From: Lophium mytilinum
Lineage: Eukaryota
Direction: 5' to 3'
DNA length: 64,000 nucleotides
NCBI GenBank assembly: GCA_010093605.1
Contig: MU004188.1
Span: forward strand, 2,061,918-2,125,917
Part shown: piece by piece, positions 48,693 to 60,315 of the stretch
How positions within the stretch are numbered: the first letter of the stretch is position 1
Layout of the letters: each line of letters starts with the position of its first letter
Program-made: the position numbers and the translations under genes
Notes under the pieces: model-generated
What the model was told of the DNA's origin: nothing
Seen by the model: only the letters and a program-made list of their open reading frames with translations
Database searches by the model: none

Positions 48693-49526
48693 ATGATTGT
48701 TCAAAAGACCTTGAAGATACTTGCCCAAATTCCAGGCTGGAACAGGTCCCTGTCGCTCCACCGGACTGTCCCACTGGCTCACAAACAATACCTTCGTCAT
48801 TTCTCCGCAGACGGTCACAGACTCACCATCGAATCGAATGAAATCCAAAGCGATCGGCCACATGATGAGAAAAGTACGCCACCTACAATGCCACGTCCCC
48901 GTCGCAAGCGCATCGTCGTGGCGGTCACAGGCGCAACCGGGGCGCCGCTCGCCACCTCACTTCTGCTCCATCTCAAGAAGCTCGACGTGGAAATGCACTT
49001 GATTCTCTCGACATGGGGTTCGGCGACTTTGAAATACGAGCTGGAAGCACCAAACAACACAGCCGCCTACCTGGCATCGCTGGCGCACTACTCATACTCT
49101 CCCCGAGACGTTTCCGCCTCTCTTTCATCAGGCTCTTTCCGGACGGATGGAATGATCGTCGTGCCGTGCAGCATGAAGACGCTGGCAGGCATTAGAATGG
49201 GCTATGATAATGATTTGATCACGAGATCAGCTGGCGTGACGCTGAAAGAACGGCGAAGGCTTGTTCTTGTAGCTAGGGAAACGCCATTGAGCAGTATCCA
49301 TCTGGAAAATATGCTGGAAGTGACTAGGGCAGGCGCTGTTGTATTCCCGCCTATGATGACTTTCTACACGAAGCCAAAAGCTATCCAGGATATGGTGGAG
49401 CAGAGCGTGCGGAGAATGATCGATCTTTTGGACCTGGGATTTGAAGACCACATCCATGCGGATGGCGATGGGAGATGGAATGGATTCGAGTGGAAGAAGA
49501 AGATGAGCGATGAGAAGCAAGCATGA
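48693..49526 (+). CDS. PAD1: Flavin prenyltransferase (UbiX/Pad1) with a mitochondrial presequence-like N-terminus
   Basis: RIVVAVTGATG, SSGSFRTDGMIVVPCSMKTLA, LKERRRLVLVARETPL, PPMMTFY; divergently oriented from FDC1. Confidence 0.93.
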   Translation: MIVQKTLKILAQIPGWNRSLSLHRTVPLAHKQYLRHFSADGHRLTIESNEIQSDRPHDEKSTPPTMPRPRRKRIVVAVTGATGAPLATSLLLHLKKLDVEMHLILSTWGSATLKYELEAPNNTAAYLASLAHYSYSPRDVSASLSSGSFRTDGMIVVPCSMKTLAGIRMGYDNDLITRSAGVTLKERRRLVLVARETPLSSIHLENMLEVTRAGAVVFPPMMTFYTKPKAIQDMVEQSVRRMIDLLDLGFEDHIHADGDGRWNGFEWKKKMSDEKQA

Positions 49527-50322
49527 GCTTCGCTGTCCACGTGATCTGCCACCGCCGTTAGACTTCCTAACTCCGCGACCTCAACAACCTCAGCCACGCA
49601 TACACGTCTTCCTTACAAGAACCCGCTATTAGCAGGTGCATCAATCGTCACGTAATCGAACTTTTAGAAGCCAGCTTTCTCTTTCATCTCGCCCTGCGCA
49701 TCGCGTCTCGCACCTCGAAATCTGCTCTTCTTAGTCCAAGACAACCCTCAAGAGGCGTTTCTCCACACCGCCAGCCGTCAGCAGCCTCACAGCTTTCCCC
49801 ACCACATACATCAATCTCCTCTCCGCTCTACGTTAGCATCTTACTCGACATCCTCATCCCTGCGGCGCCCGAGCCTTTCGCGGTCGCTGTACCATCCTCC
49901 GCTCACCCCCGCTCATAAATCCGCCCATACGCAAGACCAATCCATAGGGGAGATCGGAGGACATTCAGAGAGAGGATACCGGATCTAGAAACATGCACAG
50001 CTGGCAAGGCCCAAGCTGCAGGTCAGCCCACGCCGCAGCCCCATTCCGTGGCCCTGGGTGACTGCGGCCTAGCCGTGATATACTACACAACAGAGGGAAA
50101 GAGACTTGTAAGAATTGCGTACTCGGATGCATCGAAAACGTCGGCTCCAGCTGCCCGGTTGGTGGCAGGTAAATGTATCAAAGGCGCATGCAAAGTTCCT
50201 CCGGCCCTCGGGAGCTGGGATCATCGAAAATTTAGAGACAGATTCAGCCAAGCCATCGGTAGTTTCCAGCGACCTCGCGGGCTCCGCTCTGGGATCGTTG
50301 TTTCCGAGGAGAGTTTCGAGCA

Positions 50323-50328
50323 CACGTG
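50323..50328 (+). promoter_or_regulatory. CACGTG(G) E-box, candidate Pho4/NUC-1 site upstream of the phosphate transporter
   Basis: CACGTGGG lies ~550 bp upstream of the ATG at 50872; another CACGTG is at 49538-49543. PHO89/pho-4 genes are known Pho4/NUC-1 targets. Confidence 0.4.
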
Positions 50329-50871
50329 GGGAATTTCAGCAATTTCATAGGAAGACGCTGCAACTGCAGCCAAGCCGGCCAAGAGCCTCATCCGCTCCCG
50401 CCAAGAGCGGGATTCACGAACGACATACCAATGCGATGCCATTTGGCGAAGGATCATTTCACGGCTGCCATAGCCGACTGTGGCCCAAGACTCTAACTCG
50501 GGTCTCTGTCTGGGCTGCCCTTCTCGTACATAGTCCCCGCTTGCCCAGCATCGAGGCCATCCTAAAGACCATCACCAAGGCCTATTCCAAGCGTGCTCCA
50601 AGACAGCTCCAAGAACAGTCCAAGAAGCTTGCTAGAGTAGCTCAGCGGCTCCCATCGCGAATCACACTCAGCGAGGTGTGAACGTGGTATATAGTGTATC
50701 TGAAAAGGTACAGTTCTCTCGCCACAGGATGTCACTGTCAATGTGGGCTCTTGATGGATCCCGACGAGCGAACATGCACATAAAAGCTCTTTCTCGCCAT
50801 TGCTGTCATACCCCTTGTATCCAAGATCGAAATATCTCCTGCATCGACTCTACCTGGTCACCTCGCTCAAC

Positions 50872-52856
50872 ATGGTGCTCTCCGAGTATACCTATGTTTT
50901 CGTCATTGGCACGTTCTTTGCCATGCTCGATGCCTACAACAACGGCGCCAGTAGGTTGCTTGGGCCTGACGATGCAAGCTTGGGTACTAAAGTTTCTTAG
51001 ATGATGTTGCAAACGCCTGGGCCACGAGTGTTTCCTCGCGGTCCATTTCATATCGGCAGGCCATGGTCTTTGGCACAGTATTCGAGATGCTTGGCGCCAT
51101 CACCGTAGGCGCGCGGACGGCTGATACCATCAAGAATGGCATCATCCCCAACTCAGCTTTCAAGGGCGATGCTGGCGTCCAGATGCTTGCTTTTACCTGC
51201 GCACTCGCAGCTGCTTCTTCCTGGGTTATGTGGTGCACCAAACATTCTGCCCACGTTTCGTCAACCTATTCCCTCATCTCAGCTGTCGCCGGCGTTGGCG
51301 TTGCAACTGTCGGAGCTTCCAAAGTCCAATGGGCAAGTACTCGCAATGCTTCCGCTTAATATAATGGCTGATAGAGTTGCAGGGCTGGAACAATGGCAAG
51401 GGAATGGGTGCTATCTTCGCGGGCTTGGGCATGGCCCCTTTGATATCTGCCGGCTTTGCTGCGACCATTTTCATGCTCATCAAGGTCGTGGTCCACCTTC
51501 GCAAGCACCCTGTTCCATGGGCCGTCTACACCGCACCCTTCTGGTTTCTCATCGCTGGTACCATCTGCACACTGTCGATTGTCTACAAAGGCTCCCCCAA
51601 CCTCAAGCTGAACAAGAAACCGGGTTGGTATGTTGCCTCAGTCACCATGGGTACAGGCGCTGGTGTCTGCGCTCTCTCCGCCATCTTCTTTGTGCCCTTC
51701 ATTTACGCAAGGATCATCAAGAAGGACTACACCGTCAAGTGGTACATGTTCCTCATGGGCCCTATGCTCTTCACACGGCAAGCGCCTGCCGATGCTCAAG
51801 AGGCCAAAGTTCCCAACTATGCCGTCATCCAGGAAGATGACGACCTGTCCAACCCAGCATCCCTCAGTGACTACGATCCCAAATCCGAGGGCAAAGACGA
51901 CATCTCTCCACCTGCCGATCAGGAAAAGATCGCTGTAGCTGCCGAGAGTAAGCAGCTCTCCTACAAGACGCAGCCCACATACAAAGAGCTCATGGCCGCG
52001 GGCGACGACAAACTGCGCCAGAAGCTCTTGAAGAAGCGTGGCCCTCTCGGCTGGGCTATGCGAACACTACGCGACAACCCCATGGGTGCTGGTGAGCTTT
52101 ACGAGTTCCACAACATGAAGATCGTCGCTAAGCGCATTCCTGCCTACATCGTTTGCGGTGCGCTTTACGGTCTTCACTATGACATTCACGCTGCTCAGAC
52201 TGGTCACTCTGGTACTCCGGAGGGTGATCGCATGGCGCGGGTCTATTCACATGCAAAGAAGTACCCCAACGAAGTGGAGCACACCTATTCCTTCGTCCAA
52301 GTCCTTACCGCTTGCACTGCATCCTTTGCCCATGGTGCCAATGACATTGGAAACTCAGTCGGCCCTTGGGCCGTCATCTACGGAGCTTGGTCTACTGGAA
52401 GCGCCGCTGCCTCTAAAGCTCCAGTGCCCATCTGGCAGCTCGCGGTGCTCTCTTTGGTCATCTCGCTCGGTCTGATCACCTATGGATATAACATCATGAA
52501 GGGTATGTCGGGACCAACACTGCGCCTCCAACTCTTGAGTTCCTTGCTAACTTGATTCGCACATAGTCATGGGCAACAAGATTACGTACCACTCGCCAAG
52601 CAGAGGTTGCTCTATGGAGATGGGCGCCGCAGTCACCGTCTTGCTGTTCTCTCAATTCTCCCTCCCCGTGTCGACCTCCATGTGCATTACAGGAGCCACT
52701 GTCGGCGTTGGGCTTTGCAACGGAACCTTGAAGGCTGTTAATTGGCAGCGAGTCGGTCTCCTTCTCCTCGCGTGGCTCCTCACCATTCCTATCGCTGGTA
52801 CCCTGGGAGGTGTGACCATGGGTCTCTTCCTCAATGCTCCGCACTTTTCATCCTAG
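50872..52856 (+). CDS. PHO89: Na+/phosphate symporter, PiT family (PHO89/pho-4)
   Basis: Introns 50951-51000, 51333-51382 (GC-AG) and 52503-52566. Signature motifs GANDVANAWATSV, HVSSTYS, FAHGANDIGNSVGP, LPVSTS. Confidence 0.92.
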
Positions 52857-53146
52857 ACCGTCTTCGGAGATGCCTTGCCCGCAACCAGTAGCCCTCATTC
52901 GACATTACATCCTCCATGTAGCTTTACAAACAGTCGTATTATTATTAGGCGTCACATTAGAGAGTGAAGTGAGTACGGACAATTTTGTATAGAACATCAT
53001 CTAGCGAGAGGCATCCTCTCCAATCATCGCTGTTAAAACATCCTGTACTCCATTTTCGCGCCCAAAGCTCAGGTCCATCCCATTCTTTATCTCTCATCTG
53101 GTTGGTGCAAGCTCTCAGTAATCCCCCCTCTTGATTACTCCGTCAT

Positions 53147-54067
53147 CTACGGCACAAAAACAACCCTTTCACCACCACTCTCTCCCCACACCTTCTCCAC
53201 CTCACGCAACGGCACCACCCTCACCGGCTGCCTCTTCATCCCAACCATCGCCTTTAACAACTCCGGCAACTCCCTCCCCATCTCCTCCACTGCCCACGCA
53301 CCGGGTCCCGACCCCCGAATCGTCAAATTCTTACTCCGCAGCACACTCCCCGGCAAACTAACCTCCACCGCATCCAAGCTCCCAATATGCACATATTGCA
53401 CCGGCCGCGCGCTCTTCAAGCTCTTGAACAAATGCAACGCCGGCGCGCCGTAGATGTAATCCAAAACTACATCCACATCCCCCAACTTCCCAAAATCAGT
53501 CTCAGTCACAGGATCGCGGAGCACGATACACTCATCCAACCCCAACCCCGCGAGCTTCCCACCGTCCCTCGCCACCCCAACCACCCGCCCCGCCCCCAGC
53601 GCCCGCGCTACCTCGATCGCAACCCGACCCGACGCGCTCGTCGCGCCCATGATCAGCACCGTGAAACCCTGCTTCAACTCCTCGCTTCCTGTCCGCGTGC
53701 GCAGCGCCATCCACGAACTCAGCGCAGGATTGACCATCGCAGCCGCTTGGATCGTGTCCACATCATCTGGAAGCGGCGTCACGGCGTGTGGGGGTACGCA
53801 GACGACGTCGGCGAAGGAGCCGCCGGTCGCGAAGGTGGAGAAGTAGACGCGTTGGCCCGTGGTGGTGAGGGTGCCGATGCCGTCGGTGCCGGGGGTGTGT
53901 GGGAGGTTTCCGGAGCTGTAGTGGGTGCCGGCGGCGCGGGAGCGGACGAGGCGGTGGAGGCCGGTGGCGAGGACTTTGATCTGGGTTGTGTTGGGCGTGT
54001 TGTCTGGTTCTGGGACGATCACGTAGGAAGGGGGGGAGCCCCAGGTGGAGACTTGGGCGGCGTGCAT
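53147..54067 (-). CDS. MDR-family NADPH:quinone oxidoreductase-like protein
   Basis: 306 aa; RSRAAGTHYS..LPHTPGTDGIG, AAAMVNPALSSWMAL, Rossmann VLIMGATSASG, DVVLDYIYG. Confidence 0.85.
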   Translation of the reverse strand: MHAAQVSTWGSPPSYVIVPEPDNTPNTTQIKVLATGLHRLVRSRAAGTHYSSGNLPHTPGTDGIGTLTTTGQRVYFSTFATGGSFADVVCVPPHAVTPLPDDVDTIQAAAMVNPALSSWMALRTRTGSEELKQGFTVLIMGATSASGRVAIEVARALGAGRVVGVARDGGKLAGLGLDECIVLRDPVTETDFGKLGDVDVVLDYIYGAPALHLFKSLKSARPVQYVHIGSLDAVEVSLPGSVLRSKNLTIRGSGPGAWAVEEMGRELPELLKAMVGMKRQPVRVVPLREVEKVWGESGGERVVFVP

Positions 54068-54561
54068 GGGGGTGGTTTTGGGATGAGTTGGTTGTTTGAT
54101 GATGGAAAAGGTGGGATGAGGTTGAAAAGAATAGAGACTTTAGAGGACGTTAGATGAGATGAATGGACATGGCATTCGATCTGAGAATATATATATTTCG
54201 ATTTGATGTGAGCTGATGTACGGGGTGACGAAGCTTGGCGGGGTAAATCGGACCAAAGATTAAGGCAACTAGGCAGCAAACCCACTGAATGTAAGTCCGT
54301 GCATAAAAGCAGACTCTTACAGAGAGTTTGAAGCACTATAATCCAGAACGCGTACCATTTCGGAGCCTCTTCGAATGAGTCAAACCCAGTATGTAGTACC
54401 CAGCAAAAAGAAGCTCGGAAGGCGTCGGAGCGCGCCGCCGGTCTCCTCGCACTCGGCCCTGAACACCCCCCGAAAACATCCCGAACCCAATCAAGCAACC
54501 ACTCAGCACTCAGATAAGAATCCATTTGAAAGAGCCTCTCTCATCGCTTCACCCCTCCCCA

Positions 54562-55131
54562 TCACTGCTCCATCTTCTCCTTCGGCGCTCTCCACCCATG
54601 ATAAAGCTCCCACCACATCCTCCCCGCAAACGCCAACTGCCCCATCGTATCCAACCCATACCACCCCAACGCCGGCCACCCCCTCTCCTCCGGCACGATC
54701 TTCGCCTCGCCCCCCAGCCACGGCAGCAGCAGCCCCAGCCCGTAGGCGAGCGCGAGGAGAAACGACGCAGCGATGAAATTCGTCGCGGTTAGGTGTTTGT
54801 TGTAAGGCGATGTGAGGTGCGTCGGGAGGTAGGGCCAGAGGAAAATGACCCAGATGAAGATGGCGGAGGTGGCGAAGGGGATCAGGGAGGCGGTGGGGAA
54901 GCGGTAGGGGTAGGCTACTGCGACGATGAGGTGGAGAGACCAGCAGAGGGAGGTGGGGGAGTCGGGGCGGTTGCGGAAGCCGGGGGGGGAGAGGGGTGTC
55001 GGTGAGGTGGTGCGGGCTGGGGGTGTTTCTTTGCTGGGCGGGTCAGCGTATGATCGGGCGGAGGGGATGGCGGGGTTGGACATGGCCCGGGGTGGGTATT
55101 GGGTTGATGCGGTGGGCATTTTGGTGGTCAT
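54562..55131 (-). CDS. Small hypothetical membrane protein (2-3 TM) with a Pro-rich N-terminus
   Basis: 189-aa ATG-initiated ORF with hydrophobic segments and the same C-to-G skew switch as neighbouring genes. Confidence 0.55.
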   Translation of the reverse strand: MTTKMPTASTQYPPRAMSNPAIPSARSYADPPSKETPPARTTSPTPLSPPGFRNRPDSPTSLCWSLHLIVAVAYPYRFPTASLIPFATSAIFIWVIFLWPYLPTHLTSPYNKHLTATNFIAASFLLALAYGLGLLLPWLGGEAKIVPEERGWPALGWYGLDTMGQLAFAGRMWWELYHGWRAPKEKMEQ

Positions 55132-55560
55132 TGGAATAGTGGTGGGTGGTGGTGGGGAGGGAGACGTGATTGAGGGCTGAGGGATGATATTTGTACACGC
55201 GACGCGATTGTACGGGGAGATATGTGCTAGGTTCTAACAGCCATGGGGTCGGACGATTTGGAAGCTATTGTTGGCACACGTGTGCTAGATATACAGGGTT
55301 TGGCGCCTCCAACTACAAAATGCATGGAGTTGAGGGCTTAGACGGGGCCAAACGTACCGAAAAGAGATACAGCAGCGCGTAAAAGGATGACGGTCTCGCG
55401 ACTTGGGCTCAGCTTGGACCAGAAAAGATAAGGCGGGGCTGTATGTTTGGGGGCCAAGATATCAGGTGTGGCTATGCGCTTTGCAGATCATTGCCTGCGC
55501 CACATCTCGAAAACACGAGGTCCGTGAGTTCCAATCCAGACTCTACACGGAGGCACCAGC

Positions 55561-55841
55561 TCAGCAGGGTGATTCAGAGCAATCGACATAGCATGTCCCA
55601 TCGCCCGCCGGGAAGCACTTGTAGCCGTAGCAGCAGTCATCAGCCTGCTTGTTGCATGGAGCTTTCAGAAGAGTCAGCATTTAGACGGTTCAATCAATAA
55701 AACAGGACGAAGAAGTTTACATTTGTAGGTGATGCATCTAGGCTCAACCCTTGCAAGCAAAGAGTCTGGCGAGGTGTTGGGTGGAAGGGCAGAAACGCCT
55801 GCGAGAAGGGAGACAATGGCGATGACAGCGGAGAATTTCAT
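55561..55841 (-). CDS. Secreted 73-aa cysteine-rich knottin (ICK)-like peptide precursor
   Basis: Exons 55841-55721 and 55661-55561; intron GTAAAC...GCTGAC...AAAG at 55662-55720. Translation: MKFSAVIAIVSLLAGVSALPPNTSPDSLLARVEPRCITYKSPCNKQADDCCYGYKCFPAGDGTCYVDCSESPC*. Confidence 0.85.
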
Positions 55842-58800
55842 TGTGGATGCGCTTCCGACGAAATTAACGAGCCAGGGAGATAGAAGAGAGAGAAGAGAGC
55901 AAGTCTTTCGAGGACAAGAATCGAGTGATAGGGATGGTGAAGCGTGAATGTAGGAAAGCCGACGGAGGTCGGGTTCAAAAGGAAAGGCGATTCATTGAAA
56001 TACTGAAGCTACTAGAGGAGACTACAGCCTAACGCCCAGAGCCTATGACGACCTCTCAGTCCCCAAGCTGCATCGGATCGTCGCTCAAGAGGAGAGATAG
56101 AGTGTTTTCAGGATGTGCGGACGCTCGGCATCCTTGGGAAGATCTGGGCGTGCAACGTACATAGTCGAATCTTCTCCACCAGGGATATCTACGGGAAGAC
56201 GCCAAGTCTCTTGGAAGTGGGGAACAGCACACGAATCTTGGGCCGGTGTATCATTTTAACGCGAGTCCGGCGCCGTATCCCCTGGGTCCTCTGGTAGACT
56301 GTTGCTACTTATAAGATGTTTTCTTTGCTAAGCCAATAGCTTTCCAGGCTACCTCAGACGGTTTTGAACTGCTTGAGAGCGCCACTTTTTTCCTGCCTAG
56401 GTTGGTATGCTGGCCGCTTCGGGTAAAGTCAATCGGGACGATGATACTTCGTAATCCCGACAGCTGCGCTAAACGGTACGTGTTGGTGTCGGTTCAATCT
56501 TAGACCACCTCATCCATTCAGCGATACAACCATACACACATCCACCTGTCTGTCAACATGCCAGATAGAATCAGCTCTTACTTGACAAGGCCTAGCGAGA
56601 AGAGAGAGACGCCGGGGGCGTATACGCGGAATTTCGGGCTTAGCTACCAACTCCACGAGATTGTAGAGAACGTGCAGCGAGATGGAACAAGAGTTTACAA
56701 TAACAATCGTCTAGCGAAGTTAAAAAGCAGAGGTCGAGAAGAAGGCTAAGCCTCTTTATACTACTCTATTTGACTCTAGTAAAGGTTCCGCGGAGGGCCC
56801 GATTTCTTTACTCGTTTCGAGGTCCTTACTCACTTTTCCGCTTAGTCGATACATATCCATTACTCCCTCGGCTTCTGACAAGGCACTGTGCCAGCGGCTA
56901 ACTGTGAAGACCGTTTCGTGTGCGAGAGAATGTCCCGGCTTCTTTGCACTTGGCAAACCCTAGATACCATTTCTTTCGATGAGATATGCCGTTTCTATTG
57001 ACACAAGCTTGAGAAGTCCTCACGGCCAGATTACCGCTGCGGAAAGACCATGGTCCCCGTCTTCACTTCTCGATTTCGCTCTTTGTAGCGCGTGTTCGTT
57101 CTGAGAATGAGCCGTTGAGCAAATGACCGAGGCTATACCACAAGGGGATTTTTGCTCACTGATTGCATTCATTTGGTACAGTCATTGCCAATGGAATCTT
57201 TTCCCCACCAGAGTTCTTCCAGATTTCTGGATGACTAGGCCGTCGTACAAACTCAACGAGGCAGCTTCTCCATCACAGGCACCGCTCTACTTATCTACCA
57301 CTCCAAAGTTCCCGCGCTCTGGTAGTTTGACGCTCCGCGGTACTATATTCACGAACTGCTGCCAACCTCGCGCACCACTAATGCACTTAGGGGCTAGTAA
57401 GGCCTCATGACATTGACCCGATGCTGGTCAAACAGCTTTTAGATGCTAAAGCCTGCAAACTTCACTCTACGGTTCCAATGCAGTTGGGGATGATTCTCTT
57501 CGACATATCACAGATTTTGAACGTCGAAAGCTGCCTCCTCCATCGCCTCCCAGCGCTCTTTGAAGTGTCGTTGATGTCAGCTGTGGGAGCCGCGTCCCCA
57601 CTGACCTCTACAGCGCCCTCCGAGTATCATCCAAGGTAGGCATGAAGCCGAACGCATCACGACACAGACACACTGTGTGGTGTCTTATCGCATTGAACAT
57701 GGTCATCCGACCATTTTCGAACCTGGAGTTGCAACCCCTGGCGAATTTCCCAACCTTCCCGAACAGGCTTGGTACAGCATATGCAGCAAGCATTGCGATT
57801 CTAGGATGCTGTCGCCAAGCTATGCCAGTCGACGATAAGCTTCTTACAGCACGTCCATTTCGCCGATCTCCCGGTCGATGGATGCCCAGAGCTTGCGTGC
57901 TTGCCAGGGCTACAATGCCACCTTCTGTCCAAGACTTCATATATCAAATGAGGCTTTCCCTGGTACCATCAACGAAGTGCCGGAACTGCCGAACCACACC
58001 ACACATATATTAATGGTAACGCCACATAGCCGAAACTTGTCTCAACTGGGTTGGGTGCCCGTTAGCAAAACTCGTAAACGCCCGAAAGCTTGATCCGTCG
58101 AAGCAATGCGCCTCCCGTCGCCAATACTCCGCTAGCACGCTATAATCGCGAACATCTCCACCATCTCAACCTTAGCGTTCCTGGCCGCTATAAACGCAGG
58201 AGATCATGCAGTATTTGTCCGCGGAGCGGGACGTTCCTCGCTACCCGCAAGCGAATGAGCTACGAATGCCGCGCTAGTCTCGACATAGAAGGTCGGACCT
58301 GAGTCTTGATCTAGTGCCGTTTCTTGTGGCATCTTCAGCCGGCTTCCAATGTTGCTCAGAACCTCCAGTTTGCTCAGGGACAAGAGTGAGTCGCCCTAGA
58401 AGAGCCTTCAGTCACTGCCAAAGCCATAGAGGTCGTAGTCATGAAGCTGACTTGGATCTATTATGTACCTAGCTACTCCCAACGAAATCAAGAATGACTT
58501 GAACGGCAATCGATCTCGTTTCCTGTATACGCCAAGACGTTTAAATGAATTGATAAGCTTTAGTGGCGCTGTCCGTGTCCAGGCTTATCCGTCTCATGTA
58601 CGGCTTTCTGGTCGGTTCTTAACCTACGTGGCAGGGATAACCTGATAAAGTTGTTGGCTTCGTATATTAAAATGCTGCAAGAACATGGCAGCCTTGTCAA
58701 ACACGCTGGTCCGCAAAATGGGTTTTCTACTGTCTTGTGTGTTAATCTGTTCATGCTTGGGGTGCTTCAATGAGGTTTCCAGTATCCAAACCCATACCGT

Positions 58801-59250
58801 TGCTATCACGCGTAAGGCTATGCAGCTGCTTTGGTGCATCCTATATAGTGGCATACATATACATACCCACCCCACGCCTTGTTTTAATCAAATGTGCCAC
58901 CATTTCCATGCCCTGCATGCGGTATGCAAGCTTCGAGAACTTTCTAGGGTCTGGGACATCAAGCTTCCAATTTGGGACTTTGCCATCTTCACTCCGTGAG
59001 TGGAAGCACACTACCGGACCACGATTGCGAGTCAAAAGGGCATGATTGCGAGTCGAACGGACATGATAGCAAAAGAGGAAATAAAGCCCCATTTACCATC
59101 GCACCATGTACAGCACGCTGAGATACACCGTACGCGGGGTTACGCCCGTGTGGAAATGTATATAAACCACTAGAATTCTCCTTTTCGTTTTACAAACAGC
59201 TCACGCCGCCTCTACATCTTCCTATTCATCCTCCAATCATTCCCTCAATC

Positions 59251-60072
59251 ATGAAACTTTCTCTCTTCCTGGCTACGGCCATACTGGCCACGGGTTCTCT
59301 TGCCCGCCCCTCTGACAACCTCAGAAACCGTCTGAATCGCCGAGCATTGGCACGCGGCTCTAAACCCCTCGTCCGCGTCTTTGACGATGAAAAGACCGAT
59401 GTTGCAGCAGGCAACGACACTGCCAACGTCGCGTACTCCTCCAACTGGTCCGGCGCCGTTCTCGAAAGCCCACCATCCGGACAATCCTTCAAGTCCGCCT
59501 ATGGCACCTTTACCGTCCCCACCGTCTCCAAAGGCACGGGCAGCCAGAGCTCGTGGTCTAGCAGCGCGTGGGTCGGCATCGACGGCGACACCTACGGCAA
59601 CGCCATCCTGCAAGCCGGCGTCGACTTCACCATCAGCTCCTCGGGCGCCGTCACCTACGACTCCTGGTACGAATGGTACCCGGACTACGCGTACGACTTC
59701 AGCAACTTCGCCGTTTCTGTCGGAAACGTCATCACGATCTCTATCGTGTCGAGCAGCAGCTCCAAGGGCACGGTTACTTTGGCCAACAAAACCACCGGGA
59801 AGAGCGTCAGCAAGACGCTGAGTGCGCCGGATAGCTCGTCGACGCTCGCCGGGGAGAACGCGGAGTGGATTGTCGAGGACTTTGACGAGAATAATGCGGA
59901 GGTGCCGTTGAGCGATTTCCATACGGTTACGTTTACGGGCGCGGTGGCGAAGACGGCGTCGGAGAGTGTGGGGTTGACGGACGCGACGGTTATTGATTTG
60001 AAGCAGAATGGGGTGGTAAGGACATCGGTTACGATTGAGAGTGATTCATCGGTAAAGATTACCTACGAGTAG
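59251..60072 (+). CDS. Secreted glutamic peptidase, family G1 (aspergillopepsin II / scytalidoglutamic-like)
   Basis: Signal peptide and propeptide; SSNWSGA, AWVGIDG, ILQAGVD (catalytic Gln), WYEWYP, NAEWIVED (catalytic Glu). Confidence 0.93.
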   Translation: MKLSLFLATAILATGSLARPSDNLRNRLNRRALARGSKPLVRVFDDEKTDVAAGNDTANVAYSSNWSGAVLESPPSGQSFKSAYGTFTVPTVSKGTGSQSSWSSSAWVGIDGDTYGNAILQAGVDFTISSSGAVTYDSWYEWYPDYAYDFSNFAVSVGNVITISIVSSSSSKGTVTLANKTTGKSVSKTLSAPDSSSTLAGENAEWIVEDFDENNAEVPLSDFHTVTFTGAVAKTASESVGLTDATVIDLKQNGVVRTSVTIESDSSVKITYE

Positions 60073-60315
60073 GTGCTTGCTGGGGAACCTCGACGTACAG
60101 TGTCTGGTTATAGATCTGGCACATGGATATTTCACTCCGCGCATCCTACTCTTGCTCGCCCCATAGCACCGGCAGGGGAGTCTGTTAGCTAGCCCTCAGC
60201 TCGTCAAAACGTAGTCTAGCTCTCAATGCATTCAATTATACATGAGGTCTCCCTTGTCCGGACTTCGAATATTGCGGTACTATAACACAAGTTTGGCCGC
60301 TCCTTACAGCTGTCT

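Noticed and set aside
26000..50000. Starship element boundaries or captain gene around the accessory block
   Set aside because: No DUF3435 tyrosine recombinase or convincing terminal direct repeats are visible in this window.
56500..58700. Gene-poor stretch with scattered 60-120-aa ORFs
   Set aside because: No coherent exon chain or motif found; it may be a decayed gene but cannot be supported.
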